Source: Alphaproteobacteria bacterium (GTDB lineage: Bacteria; Pseudomonadota; Alphaproteobacteria; CADEGL01). Taken from it: DNA of 64,000 nt. This document shows, in pieces, positions 17,693 to 27,322 of this stretch (its first letter is position 1; each line of letters begins with the position of its first letter). The position numbers were made by a program, and so were the translations under genes. The DNA lies in assembly GCA_050180485.1 (NCBI GenBank), contig JBFXED010000017.1:17879-81878 (forward strand). The letters run 5' to 3'. Under the pieces are notes generated by a model. That model searched no databases and had not been told where the DNA came from. It saw only the letters and a list, made by a program, of their open reading frames with translations.

Positions 17693-18747
17693 CGGACCTT
17701 CTGCAGTTTCTTCACCGCGCTTTGCCAGGTGTCGGAGAGCGTATAGCCCTCGGGCAGCGGATCGTCCGGGTCGAGCCCGTACTGGCCGATCGAGGTGATA
17801 TAGCCACGCCCCGCCACGGTCGGGATCACGGCCGGTTTCTTGCCCACCTTCGTCGTGCCCAGAAGCTCGGCGTAGAAATGTGTGCCGATGATCGATTCGT
17901 GGTCGAAGGCCTGGCCTACCTTGATCTGCTTGCGCGCGTGCATGACGGCGAGACGCGCCGAGGTGCCCGTCCCGCACGGGCTGCGATCCAGACGGCCGGG
18001 CGCCACGACGACCGTGTTCTTGGCCGTGAGCCCCTTGCCCTTCTGCTTCACGGGACCCGTGAATTCCGTGATCGTCACGTGGCGGATGCCGGAATTCTCC
18101 GGATGGACGATTCCCTTCAGCTGCTCTTGGCAGGCCGCGCGGATCTTCTCGCCCATGACACAGATGTCGCGCGCCTCGTCCGGCGTGATGCGGAAGCCGA
18201 CCGAGGCCGCGTCGATCAGCGCGTAGTGCATGCCGCCATAGGCCACGTCCAGCTTCACCGTGCCGACGCCCTTCACCTCAACGTTCGCATCCAGTACCTG
18301 GACGAAGGACGGGACGTTCTTGAACTTGACCTGCAGAACCTTGCCCTTCTCGCAGCGGCAGGTCAGGTAGACCAGGCCCGCGGGCGTCTCGAGCGTCAGT
18401 TCCGTGATCGGCTCCTTCATCGGCAGGATGCCGGTCTCCAGGATCGCCGTGACGGTGCAGATCGTGTTGGAGCCCGACATGGGCGGATATTCGGTCGACT
18501 CCATGATGATGTAGCCGGCCTGGGCCTTCGGATTGTTCGAAGGCAGCACCAAATTCGCGCTGTGCACGGCGGCGCCGCGCGGTTCGAACAGCAGGAACTT
18601 GCGCAATCCGTCGTCGTGGTCGCGCAGATGGACCATCTTGTCGAACATGGTCTTGCCGGGCACGTCCACCACACCGCCCGTGATGACCTTGCCATATTCA
18701 CCCTCGGCATGGACGCCGACGACGGTCAAAGCGCGCTTCCAACGCAT
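17689..18747 (-). CDS. Proline-racemase-family enzyme, Ser/Cys catalytic pair (candidate trans-3-hydroxy-L-proline dehydratase)
   Basis: 352 aa; RBS GGGGAGAA. The first catalytic motif is MSGSNTIC (Ser where racemases/epimerases have Cys). The second is DRSPCGTGTS (Cys). Confidence 0.85.
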   Translation of the reverse strand: MRWKRALTVVGVHAEGEYGKVITGGVVDVPGKTMFDKMVHLRDHDDGLRKFLLFEPRGAAVHSANLVLPSNNPKAQAGYIIMESTEYPPMSGSNTICTVTAILETGILPMKEPITELTLETPAGLVYLTCRCEKGKVLQVKFKNVPSFVQVLDANVEVKGVGTVKLDVAYGGMHYALIDAASVGFRITPDEARDICVMGEKIRAACQEQLKGIVHPENSGIRHVTITEFTGPVKQKGKGLTAKNTVVVAPGRLDRSPCGTGTSARLAVMHARKQIKVGQAFDHESIIGTHFYAELLGTTKVGKKPAVIPTVAGRGYITSIGQYGLDPDDPLPEGYTLSDTWQSAVKKLQKVR

Positions 18748-18807
18748 TCGGATTCTCCCCGGAGGATTCGATCTCGCCGCCCACGTTGCAGCGGCGCGTG
18801 GCGACGG

Positions 18808-19197
18808 TCAATCGTCGACGGGCACTGTCCGCGGCCTGCGGTTCTCGTCGATCGCGACGTAGGTGAACTTGCCTTCGGTGACCAGAACCTTGCTGCCGTC
18901 GCCGCGCGTGGCCCAGGCCTCGACCCAGACGGCGATCGAGGTGCGCCCGACCCGCTCGATCTTGCCGTGGCAGGTCAGCATGTCACCGACGAAGACCGGC
19001 AGCTTGAAGACCATGGCGTCGACCGCGACGGTCGCGAGCCGCCCCTTGGCGCGCGCACGGGCGACCACGCCGCCCGCGATATCCATCTGGCCCAGCACCC
19101 AGCCGCCGAAGATGTCGCCGGCCGGATTGGCGTCGGCCGGCATGGCGAGGGTGCGGATGGCGATCTCGCCATGGGGGTGCGCGGCTTCATCCGCCAT
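18808..19197 (-). CDS. Hotdog-fold acyl-CoA thioesterase (YciA-like)
   Basis: Start MADEAAH with RBS AGGAGG. TLAMPADANPAGDIFGGWVLGQMD is the YciA-type signature. Confidence 0.75.
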   Translation of the reverse strand: MADEAAHPHGEIAIRTLAMPADANPAGDIFGGWVLGQMDIAGGVVARARAKGRLATVAVDAMVFKLPVFVGDMLTCHGKIERVGRTSIAVWVEAWATRGDGSKVLVTEGKFTYVAIDENRRPRTVPVDD

Positions 19198-19216
19198 ATC
19201 GGCCTCCTGTCCTAAA

Positions 19217-19232
19217 CCACTAGATTTAGTGG
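19217..19232. promoter_or_regulatory. Palindrome CCACTA-GATT-TAGTGG in the thioesterase/parE divergent promoter region
   Basis: Read directly from an AT-rich 100-bp spacer. Confidence 0.3.
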
Positions 19233-19298
19233 AGTTTTGCATTTATTACCTACTTCAGGCAGTATTATAGGCCCGAACGCGACGGAGCGCACCCGAGC

Positions 19299-21320
19299 AT
19301 GGCCCGAAAGGCCGCCAAGACGGCTGACCTTTTCGACGTCCCCGCCAAAGGCGGCAAGGGCGACAGCTATACCGCCAAGGACATCGAGGTGCTGGAAGGG
19401 CTGGAGCCCGTCCGCAAGCGCCCGGGCATGTATATCGGCGGCACCGACGAGCCGGCGCTCCACCACCTGGTCGCCGAAGTGCTCGACAACTCGATGGACG
19501 AGGTGGTGGCCGGCCATGCCACGCGCATCGAGGTGGAGATGCTGGCCGACGGCTCGGTCACCGTCACCGACAACGGGCGCGGCATTCCGGTCGATCCGCA
19601 TCCGAAGTTCAAGAACAAGTCGGCCCTCGAGGTCATCCTCACCACGCTGCACTCGGGCGGCAAGTTCTCGGACTCCGTCTATAAGACCGCGGGCGGCTTG
19701 CACGGCGTCGGCATCTCGGTCGTCAACGCGCTGTCGGACAAGTTGACCGTCGAAGTCGCGCGCGACAAGAAATCGTGGCGTCAGTCCTACAGCCGCGGCA
19801 AGCCCACGGGACCGTTGAAATCAACCGGGCCCGCGCCCAACAAGCGCGGCACCACCGTCAACTTCCACCCCGACCCGAAGATCTTCGGCGAAGCTGCGCA
19901 TCTAAAGCCCGCGCGCGTCTACCGCATGGTCCGCTCCAAGGCGTATCTGTTCAAAGGCGCCGAGATTCGCTGGTCCTGCGATCCCTCCCTCCTCGGCAAG
20001 GACGGCAAGGTGCCGGAGGAAGAAACGCTCCACTTCCCCAACGGCCTGCAGGATTTCCTGAGCGCGACCTTGGGCGACCGTCCCGTGCTGACCGCGAAAC
20101 CCTTCGCCGAGGAAGCGCCTCTGAACGGCAGCGCCAGCGGCGGACGGATCGAATGGGCCGTGGCCTGGCCGGCCGACGAGGACGGCATGCTCAGCTCCTA
20201 CGTGAACACCGTACCCACGCCCCAGGGCGGCAGCCACGAGCAGGGCCTGCGCACGGCGTTGGGGCGCAGCCTGCGCGACTACGCCGATTTAGTCGGCAGC
20301 AAGCGCGGCAAGGAGATCACCGCCGAGGACGTGGTGGACGGCGCGGCCGTGATGCTGTCGCTGTTCATCCCCAATCCACAGTTCCAAGGCCAGACCAAGG
20401 AACGCCTGGGCATGCCCGAGGCCGTGCGCCTGGTCGAGAACGCCGTGAAGGACCGCTTCGACCATTGGCTGCATGCCGACACGACATCGGCCAGGGCACT
20501 GCTCGAGCGCGTGCTGGAGCGCGCGGATGAACGCCTGCGCCGCCGCCAGGAACGCGAGATGCAACGCAAGACGGCCACGCGTAAGCTGCGCCTACCCGGC
20601 AAGCTGGCCGATTGCAGTCGCGATTCGCGCGAAGGCACCGAAATCTTCCTGGTCGAGGGCGATTCCGCCGGCGGCTCGGCCAAGACCGCGCGCAACCGCG
20701 AGACCCAGGCCATCCTGCCCCTGCGCGGCAAGGTGCTGAACGTGGCCAGCGCGACAGCCGAGAAGCTGCGCCAGAACCAGGAGTTGACCGATCTTGTCCA
20801 GGCGTTGGGCGCCGGTCACGGCGACACCTACCGGCCCGAAGGCCTGCGCTACGAGCGCGTCATCATCATGACGGATGCCGACGTGGACGGCGCGCATATC
20901 GCGGCGCTTCTGATGACCTTCTTCTATCGCGAGATGCCGCAATTGGTGGAGAGCGGCCACCTTTATTTGGCCATGCCGCCGCTCTACCGCATGACCCATG
21001 GTGCCACGTCCGTCTATGCGCGCGACGACGCTCATAAAGAGGCGCTGCTGAAAACCACCTTCAAGGGCAAGTCCAACGTCGAGATTAGCCGCTTCAAGGG
21101 CCTGGGGGAGATGCCCGCCCAGCAGCTCAAGGAAACGACGATGGATCCCAAGACGCGCACGCTGCTCAAGGTCCACATGCCCGACGCCAAGAAGGCGGAG
21201 GAGAAGAAGGACGCGGCCAGCACGGCAAAGCTGGTCGAGACGCTGATGGGCAAGAAACCCGAGGCGCGTTTCGACTATATCCAGGAACACGCCAAGTTCG
21301 TGCAGGACCTGGACGTTTAG
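19299..21320 (+). CDS. parE: DNA topoisomerase IV subunit B
   Basis: 673 aa (GyrB would be about 800 aa). GHKL ATPase N-terminus (PGMYIGGT, LHHLVAEVLDNSMDE), Toprim (EGDSAGGSA) and C-terminal KGLGEM. The Arg/Ala-rich overlapping ORFs are artifacts. Confidence 0.8.
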   Translation: MARKAAKTADLFDVPAKGGKGDSYTAKDIEVLEGLEPVRKRPGMYIGGTDEPALHHLVAEVLDNSMDEVVAGHATRIEVEMLADGSVTVTDNGRGIPVDPHPKFKNKSALEVILTTLHSGGKFSDSVYKTAGGLHGVGISVVNALSDKLTVEVARDKKSWRQSYSRGKPTGPLKSTGPAPNKRGTTVNFHPDPKIFGEAAHLKPARVYRMVRSKAYLFKGAEIRWSCDPSLLGKDGKVPEEETLHFPNGLQDFLSATLGDRPVLTAKPFAEEAPLNGSASGGRIEWAVAWPADEDGMLSSYVNTVPTPQGGSHEQGLRTALGRSLRDYADLVGSKRGKEITAEDVVDGAAVMLSLFIPNPQFQGQTKERLGMPEAVRLVENAVKDRFDHWLHADTTSARALLERVLERADERLRRRQEREMQRKTATRKLRLPGKLADCSRDSREGTEIFLVEGDSAGGSAKTARNRETQAILPLRGKVLNVASATAEKLRQNQELTDLVQALGAGHGDTYRPEGLRYERVIIMTDADVDGAHIAALLMTFFYREMPQLVESGHLYLAMPPLYRMTHGATSVYARDDAHKEALLKTTFKGKSNVEISRFKGLGEMPAQQLKETTMDPKTRTLLKVHMPDAKKAEEKKDAASTAKLVETLMGKKPEARFDYIQEHAKFVQDLDV

Positions 21321-21375
21321 CCGTTCACCATTTCGTGATGACGCACCGACCGGGCGCCGACGTTAGAATGGCGCC

Positions 21376-22104
21376 ATGCGCCGCCTCTTCGCCCTCGGCT
21401 GCCTTGCCCTTGTCCTAGCCCTGCCGCCGGCTTCTGCCGCCGAGCGCGCACCGGTGTTGGTCGAATTGTTCACGTCCGAGGGCTGCAGTTCTTGCCCGCC
21501 GGCCGACGCTTACCTCGGCGAGTTGGCCAGGCGGCCGGGCGTGATCGCGCTTTCCTTCCACGTCGACTACTGGAACCGGCTGGGCTGGACCGATCCGTTC
21601 TCCTCCGCCGCCGCGACCGCGCGCCAGAAGGGCTATGCCGAATCGCTCAAGCAAAGCTACGTCTACACGCCCGAAATGGTGGTCGACGGGCGCGTCCACG
21701 AAGCCGGCTCGCGGCGCGAGAAGATGGAAGCCCTGATCGGCGCCGCGCGCGCCAACGCGGTGTTCCCGGTCGCGCTGGCGCGCACGGCCGGCGGCATCGA
21801 CGTCACGCTGCCCGCCGCGGGCGATGTCACGACGAACGCGACCGTATGGCTGGTCCTTTACGACCGCAGTCAGACGGTCGCGGTGAAGGCCGGCGAGAAC
21901 GGCGGGCGCTCGATCACCCACGCTAACGTCGTACGCGAAATTCGCCGCGCCGGCAGTTGGAACGGCCAGGCCGCGCGCCTGGCGTTACCCATCGACGCGG
22001 CCGCCGCGCGCGAACGCGGAGGAGCCGCGGTTATCGTGCAGGCGGGCTCCTACGGAACGGTCTTGGGCGCGGGCGCGATCGCGTTGGACGGACCGGGCGC
22101 TTGA
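21376..22104 (+). CDS. DUF1223-family secreted thioredoxin-like protein
   Basis: Signal peptide, then ELFTSEGCSSCPPAD and HVDYWNRLGW, which are the DUF1223 hallmarks. Confidence 0.7.
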   Translation: MRRLFALGCLALVLALPPASAAERAPVLVELFTSEGCSSCPPADAYLGELARRPGVIALSFHVDYWNRLGWTDPFSSAAATARQKGYAESLKQSYVYTPEMVVDGRVHEAGSRREKMEALIGAARANAVFPVALARTAGGIDVTLPAAGDVTTNATVWLVLYDRSQTVAVKAGENGGRSITHANVVREIRRAGSWNGQAARLALPIDAAAARERGGAAVIVQAGSYGTVLGAGAIALDGPGA

Positions 22105-22110
22105 GACACC

Positions 22111-23514
22111 TTACTTGCCCTTGGCGATCTCGCCGTTGACGAAATCGAGCGGCGGCTTGGCCAGCGGCTCCATCTGCGGATCGAGGCGGATGGCCTCTTC
22201 CAGATCGACCTTGGCTTCCTTGTATTGCTTCAGCGATCCATAGGCGAAACCGCGCATGAAATAAGGGCGCGGGTCCTTGGGGTTGATCGAGATGGCCTTG
22301 GTGTAATCGGCGATCGCGCCCACCGCGTCCTGCTGCTCGTACTTGGCGCGCCCGCGCGTCAGATAGGCGTAGGAACTTTGCGGATTGAGCTCGATGACGA
22401 AGTTCAGATCGGACGCCGCCTTGGCGTATTCGCGCTTGTTCATATAGCCCTCGGCACGCAGCGCGTAGGACTGCACGACATCCTGCGCCGTGCGGGTCGG
22501 CGCGCGGGCGATAGCCGAGGTGAAATCGGCGATGGCTGCGTCGAAGTTCTTTTTCTGGATCTGGACGAAGCCGCGTTCGAAATAGATTTCGCTGGCCACC
22601 TCGCCATAGGACAGCTTCACGCCCTGGTCGAAGTCGGCGATCGCCTTGTCCCACTCGCCTTTGTATTTGTAGATCAGGCCGCGGTTCAGATAGGCCTCGC
22701 GGAAATTCGAATCCAGCTTAATGGCCTGGTCGTAGAGCTTGAGCGCGTCGTCGATCTTGGCGTTCTCGAACGCCGTCAACGCCTCGTGGAAGCGGCGGGA
22801 CGACTCGTCCGGCGTGAAGCTGGCGGAAAGCACGCGCTTCTCGACATAGGCCTTCACCGGCGCCGGCATCGCGTAGTCTTTTTTCACCACCAATGCGGCG
22901 GTGAACTCGGCCAGCGCTTCGGACGGACTATATGCCGCGAAAGCCGTGGGCAGGCCGGCCTCGCGGGCGGGCGCATCGTTCCCCTTGGCCACGAGATCGC
23001 CCAGGCGCTCCTGCTTCTGGGCGGCGGCGGCGCGCACCTTGTCGATCATCGGCTTGACCAGATCGACCCATTCCTTGGTGGCGGATGCCTTGTTTGCGGC
23101 GTCGGCCAAGTGGGCCACGTCGCGTACCAGCATGAAATACGGATCTTGGATGCCGATGGCGCCGGGAGCCGCCGGCGTTTTGAAGAACCGGTCGGTGACG
23201 ATAATGGCGTGGTCTGGGCGGATCACGCCGGCGATGGTTTCGTCCAGCCCCAGGCGTTCGGTGCGGTAGACGCGCACCGGCCGGTAGGCCACCGCGCGCT
23301 GGATCAGCCCGGGCGATGATTTCTGCATGGTCTCCAGCATGCCCTTGACCGCGGCGCGCTCCGGGTCGGTCCATGGCTTGACCACCAGCGGCGCCTCGGC
23401 GCTGGGTTGACGCGCGTCGATGAAGACGAACTTGTCGAGCGGACCGGCCGCTTGAGCGGCACCCGTCACACACAGGATCGCGAGCGCGGCCAGCGCCAGG
23501 GCAAAACGCTTCAT
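22111..23514 (-). CDS. Periplasmic tetratricopeptide-repeat (TPR) protein
   Basis: Signal peptide (MKRFALALAALAILCVTGAAQA). The C-terminal half consists of repeated TPR-like units (AxxxYxxAI...P.....Y..RG). Confidence 0.75.
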   Translation of the reverse strand: MKRFALALAALAILCVTGAAQAAGPLDKFVFIDARQPSAEAPLVVKPWTDPERAAVKGMLETMQKSSPGLIQRAVAYRPVRVYRTERLGLDETIAGVIRPDHAIIVTDRFFKTPAAPGAIGIQDPYFMLVRDVAHLADAANKASATKEWVDLVKPMIDKVRAAAAQKQERLGDLVAKGNDAPAREAGLPTAFAAYSPSEALAEFTAALVVKKDYAMPAPVKAYVEKRVLSASFTPDESSRRFHEALTAFENAKIDDALKLYDQAIKLDSNFREAYLNRGLIYKYKGEWDKAIADFDQGVKLSYGEVASEIYFERGFVQIQKKNFDAAIADFTSAIARAPTRTAQDVVQSYALRAEGYMNKREYAKAASDLNFVIELNPQSSYAYLTRGRAKYEQQDAVGAIADYTKAISINPKDPRPYFMRGFAYGSLKQYKEAKVDLEEAIRLDPQMEPLAKPPLDFVNGEIAKGK

Positions 23515-23548
23515 TCCGAAATCCTCACGAAGGCATCGCGCCGCACCG

Positions 23549-24253
23549 TCACGGACGCAGAAGCCAATAGCGCAGCAGTGCCGTTGCCGCCTGCGGCCTC
23601 TCCAGGGTCGGAAGATGGGCGCAGTCTTCTATCACGACGAGCGTCGCATTGGGAATGGCTTGGGCCATTTCCCCGCTGAGCTCCAGCGGGGTCAGGATGT
23701 CCTGCCGACCGCAGACAATCAGCGTCGGACAGGCGATCCGTGCGAGGTCCGGCCGACTGTCGGGCCGCGCGGCGTTGGCCGTCTGCTGGCGCACGAACGC
23801 CTCCGGTCCCACCCGTTCCGCCATCTCGGTGACGATGCGGGACAACGCCTGGTCGGCGAGCTGGGACGGATGGATGAAGCTGGGCAGAAGACGCGGCGTG
23901 ACGCCCTTGAACTGGCCCACATGCGTCAGCCGTGTCAAATCGCGGCGGCGCTGGACCATCTCCGGCGGATCGGGCCGCGCGGAGGTGTCGAGCAGAGCCA
24001 GCCGATCCACCCGCTCCGGCGCCTGGCGCATGATCTCGAACGCGACGAAGCCGCCCATGGACAGCCCGGCCAGCGCGAAACGCGGCGGCGCCTCGGCCAA
24101 GATCGCGCGCGCGATCTCCGCCATGGAATCGTGGCGCGTGTGGTCGGCGACGGAGACTTGGGCAATGTCGCCCAGATGATCGATCTGGTGACGCCACAGC
24201 GCAGCGTCGCACAAGGTCCCGGGGATGAGGACGAGCGGGATATTCGCGCTCAT
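23549..24253 (-). CDS. Alpha/beta-hydrolase-fold protein
   Basis: Start MSANIPLVLIPGTL. Nucleophile elbow GLSMGG. The start overlaps the upstream isochorismatase stop (ATGA). Confidence 0.75.
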   Translation of the reverse strand: MSANIPLVLIPGTLCDAALWRHQIDHLGDIAQVSVADHTRHDSMAEIARAILAEAPPRFALAGLSMGGFVAFEIMRQAPERVDRLALLDTSARPDPPEMVQRRRDLTRLTHVGQFKGVTPRLLPSFIHPSQLADQALSRIVTEMAERVGPEAFVRQQTANAARPDSRPDLARIACPTLIVCGRQDILTPLELSGEMAQAIPNATLVVIEDCAHLPTLERPQAATALLRYWLLRP

Positions 24254-24792
24254 TTGATGAGCCGCGACAGCTCCTTGAACTCCGGCGTGCCGGCCTGCCG
24301 CAGCCATTCGAACAGGACCATCTCGGTCGTCGCGATCTCCACACCCGCTTCGCGCAGGCGCGCCAACGCCACGTCCTTGCTCGCGGCGGCGCGCGAGGAG
24401 GTGGCATCCGCCACCACGATGCAGCGCGTGCCGGCGGCTTTCAGGTCGAGCGCGGTCTGCAGCACACAGACATGGCTTTCCACGCCCACCACCAGCACCT
24501 GCTCGCGCTCATAGGCGGACAGCACGGCGACGATGGTGGGATCGGCGGCGCAGGAGAAATGGAGCTTGGGCAGCACCGAGCCCGGCGGCGCCAAAGCAGC
24601 CAGCGGCGGCACCGTGTTGCCCAGGCCTTTCGGATACTGTTCCGAGACGACGACGGGGATGTTCAGACGTTCCGCCGCCTTCATCAGCACGGCGCAATTC
24701 TCGACGACCCGGTCAGGCTCGGCCATGGCAGGCATGAGCTTTTCCTGCACGTCGACCACAAGAAGGGCGGATTTATTCGCGTCGATCAGCAT
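24250..24792 (-). CDS. Isochorismatase-family (cysteine) hydrolase
   Basis: Start MLIDANKSALLVVDVQ. Catalytic triad context (D in VVDVQ, K, C in VGVESHVCV). Confidence 0.8.
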   Translation of the reverse strand: MLIDANKSALLVVDVQEKLMPAMAEPDRVVENCAVLMKAAERLNIPVVVSEQYPKGLGNTVPPLAALAPPGSVLPKLHFSCAADPTIVAVLSAYEREQVLVVGVESHVCVLQTALDLKAAGTRCIVVADATSSRAAASKDVALARLREAGVEIATTEMVLFEWLRQAGTPEFKELSRLIK

Positions 24793-25007
24793 GCGCGGCA
24801 CCCTAGACGAAGGCACCGTCCCGGCCAAGCGGCGGACGGCGGCGCGCGCCAAGCGCCCCGCGCAGGCCAGCCCCGTCATATTTAAGGTGGCGTGCGCCAG
24901 ACCTTTATCGTAAGGATAGCCCGCCGTTCCGGCCCAGGCGCCCGCGCCACGCCGTCGACGGATGCGAATGCCGGCTGACGGCACCTCTTCACACAAACAC
25001 AAACGGA

Positions 25008-26606
25008 ATGAGTTTCAACGATTTAGGCCTTAGCGCCGAGGTTCTCCGCGCGATTGGCGAGGCAGGCTTCACCGAGCCCACCCCGATCCAGCGCGAAGCC
25101 ATCCCCCACGTTCTGACCGGCCGCGACATCCTGGCCCGTGCCCAAACCGGCACCGGCAAGACTGCCGCCTTCACCCTGCCGATGATCGACATCCTGGCCG
25201 CCGGCCGCGCCAAGGCGCGCATGCCGCGGGCCCTGATCCTGGAGCCCACGCGCGAGTTGGCCCAGCAAGTCGAAGACAATTTCAAAGTCTACGGCAAGTA
25301 CAACAAATTGTCCGCCGCGCTCGTCATCGGCGGTGCGTCGATGGCGCAGCAGGAAGCCGCGCTCAATCGCGGCGTCGACGTGCTGATCGCCACGCCCGGC
25401 CGCCTGATCGACTTGTTCGAGCGTGGCAAGGTCCTCTTGTCCCAAATCCGCGTCCTCGTCATCGACGAAGCCGACCGAATGATGGACATGGGTTTCATGC
25501 CGGACGTCGAGAAGATCGTCAGCCTCCTGCCCTTCACCCGGCAGACGCTCCTTTTCTCGGCCACCATCCCGGACGAAATCCGCCGCCTGTCGGACCGTTT
25601 CCTGTCCAATCCGAAGGAAATCGAGATTCAGGCCACCTTTCTCACCGCCGACACGATCGAGGACGCGGTCGTGGTGGTGAACGAGGAAGACAAGCGCGAG
25701 GCGCTTCGCCAACTGGTCGCGCGCGAGGAGCAGTTGCAGAACGCGATCATCTTCTGCAACCGCAAGCGCGACGCCGATATCCTGTTCCGCTCCCTGAAGA
25801 AGCACGGGTTCAACGTCGGCGTCCTGCACGGCGACTTGGTGCAGTCGGTGCGCGAGGAAACGCTGCAAGGTTTCCGCGACGGCAAGATCACGCTTCTGGT
25901 CGCCAGCGACGTGGCTGCGCGCGGCCTCGACATCCGGGACCTGTCGCACGTCTTCAATTTCGACGTGCCGTTCAATGCCGAGGACTATGTCCATCGCATC
26001 GGCCGCACGGGCCGCGCCGGCAAAGCAGGCCGCGCCTTTACCTTGGCCACGCCCGACGACGCCAAGCTGCTGAGCGCTATCAAGAACCTGATCGGTCGCG
26101 AAATCCCGCGCATAGAGCTGGAAAACCTGTCCGCCGCCGCGCACACGGGCGATGGCGACAGAGAAGGCTCCCGCCGCGATGGTGGACGGCGCGGCCGTGG
26201 CCGCGGGGGACGGGATCGCCGTCCGCGCCGCGACAGCGGTCATCGCCACGAGGGCCAGCGCGAAGAGCGCGCGCCGCGTGAGGAAACGCCGCGTCAGGAC
26301 GCCCAAGCTCCCTATCCCGTCGACGCACCGCAGCCGGTGGAAGCTGCGCCAACAGCGGAAGCGCACCACGAACCTGCGCCGAAGCCGTATCGCGACGAGC
26401 ACCGCCATCGCGAGGACCACAAACCTCGCCGGGAAGACCACAAGCCGCGCCGGGAGGCGAGGCCTGGCGCGGGCAATCAAGAGCGTGGCCGCGATGGGCG
26501 ACGGCGCGACCGGCATGACGGCAACGACGATGGTCCGTCCGGCCCCGGCCTGGGCGATCACGTCCCCGCCTTTCTGATGCGCAAACCCCGCCTGCCGACC
26601 AGCTGA
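25008..26606 (+). CDS. DEAD-box ATP-dependent RNA helicase (RhlE-like) with Arg/Asp/Gly-rich C-terminal tail
   Basis: Q-motif (FTEPTPIQ), AQTGTGKT, VIDEADRM, SAT, HRIGRTGRAG. The last approximately 150 aa are low-complexity RRDGGRRGRGRGGRDRR... Confidence 0.9.
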   Translation: MSFNDLGLSAEVLRAIGEAGFTEPTPIQREAIPHVLTGRDILARAQTGTGKTAAFTLPMIDILAAGRAKARMPRALILEPTRELAQQVEDNFKVYGKYNKLSAALVIGGASMAQQEAALNRGVDVLIATPGRLIDLFERGKVLLSQIRVLVIDEADRMMDMGFMPDVEKIVSLLPFTRQTLLFSATIPDEIRRLSDRFLSNPKEIEIQATFLTADTIEDAVVVVNEEDKREALRQLVAREEQLQNAIIFCNRKRDADILFRSLKKHGFNVGVLHGDLVQSVREETLQGFRDGKITLLVASDVAARGLDIRDLSHVFNFDVPFNAEDYVHRIGRTGRAGKAGRAFTLATPDDAKLLSAIKNLIGREIPRIELENLSAAAHTGDGDREGSRRDGGRRGRGRGGRDRRPRRDSGHRHEGQREERAPREETPRQDAQAPYPVDAPQPVEAAPTAEAHHEPAPKPYRDEHRHREDHKPRREDHKPRREARPGAGNQERGRDGRRRDRHDGNDDGPSGPGLGDHVPAFLMRKPRLPTS

Positions 26607-26649
26607 GCGCGCGTGGACAGGCGTGCGCCTGTCCGGCCATAATCGCGGC

Positions 26650-26892
26650 ATGCAGACGATCTTCGTGATGGTGAAGTGCGACCTGGGACGCGCCTATCAG
26701 GTCGCCGACCAGGCGGTGCAGACGATCGAGCAGGTCTCCGAGGTCTATTCGACCTCGGGCCAGTACGATCTCTTGATGAAATGCTACCTGGACGACAAGA
26801 CCGACATCGGCCATTTCGTGAACGAAAGCATCCACGCGCTCTCCGGTGTGAAGGACACGTTCACGCTCATCACCTTTAAGGCGTTTTCTTAA
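26650..26892 (+). CDS. Stand-alone Lrp/AsnC ligand-binding (RAM) domain protein
   Basis: 80 aa, MQTIFVMVKCDLGRAYQVADQ...VYSTSGQYDLLMKCYLDDKTDIGHFVNESIHALSGVKDTFT. A beta-alpha-beta-beta-alpha-beta RAM pattern with no HTH. Confidence 0.65.
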   Translation: MQTIFVMVKCDLGRAYQVADQAVQTIEQVSEVYSTSGQYDLLMKCYLDDKTDIGHFVNESIHALSGVKDTFTLITFKAFS

Positions 26893-26900
26893 AGGACATC

Positions 26901-27320
26901 CTACTCGGGCCGCCCTTCGGGCTGGGTCTCAAAAGCTGGCAACGCAGCATCCATCACGTCCCAATGCGGACGGTTGCGAACGAACAAGACCATCTGAGGT
27001 GTGATCGCGCCGGGATTGTCCAAAGTCCCCACCGCCACGGTCATGAAACCCGGCATTCGATCGTTTTTGCCGAAGAGTGGACTGCCACAGGTCGCACAGA
27101 ATAAGCGCGTAACCTGGGCACCACTGTCCGCCGTCAGGCGGTAAGTGGCCGGCTTGCCCACAATCTCGACGCTGGCCTCTTTGAACATGGCGCCTGTCGC
27201 ATGACCCGTTCCGGTCAGTTTTTGACAGTCCCCGCAATGGCAGTGTGCCGCAACCACCGGATCGCCCTCGATCCGATAGCACACGGCACGACAGAGGCAT
27301 CCGCCGGTGAAGACAGCCAT
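26901..27320 (-). CDS. GFA-family (glutathione-dependent formaldehyde-activating / CENP-V-like) Zn protein
   Basis: Start MAVFTGGCLC. Cys clusters CLC...C and CHCGDCQK and CATCGSPLF. Immediately downstream of the ProR gene on the same strand. Confidence 0.7.
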   Translation of the reverse strand: MAVFTGGCLCRAVCYRIEGDPVVAAHCHCGDCQKLTGTGHATGAMFKEASVEIVGKPATYRLTADSGAQVTRLFCATCGSPLFGKNDRMPGFMTVAVGTLDNPGAITPQMVLFVRNRPHWDVMDAALPAFETQPEGRPE

Positions 27321-27322
27321 GT

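Noticed and set aside
17590-19215. 541-aa plus-strand ORF over the ProR-family and thioesterase genes
   Set aside because: Antisense to two genes with clear catalytic motifs and RBSs. Low-complexity translation.
25023-26651. 542-aa minus-strand ORF opposite the DEAD-box helicase
   Set aside because: Antisense to an unmistakable DEAD-box helicase; no motifs.
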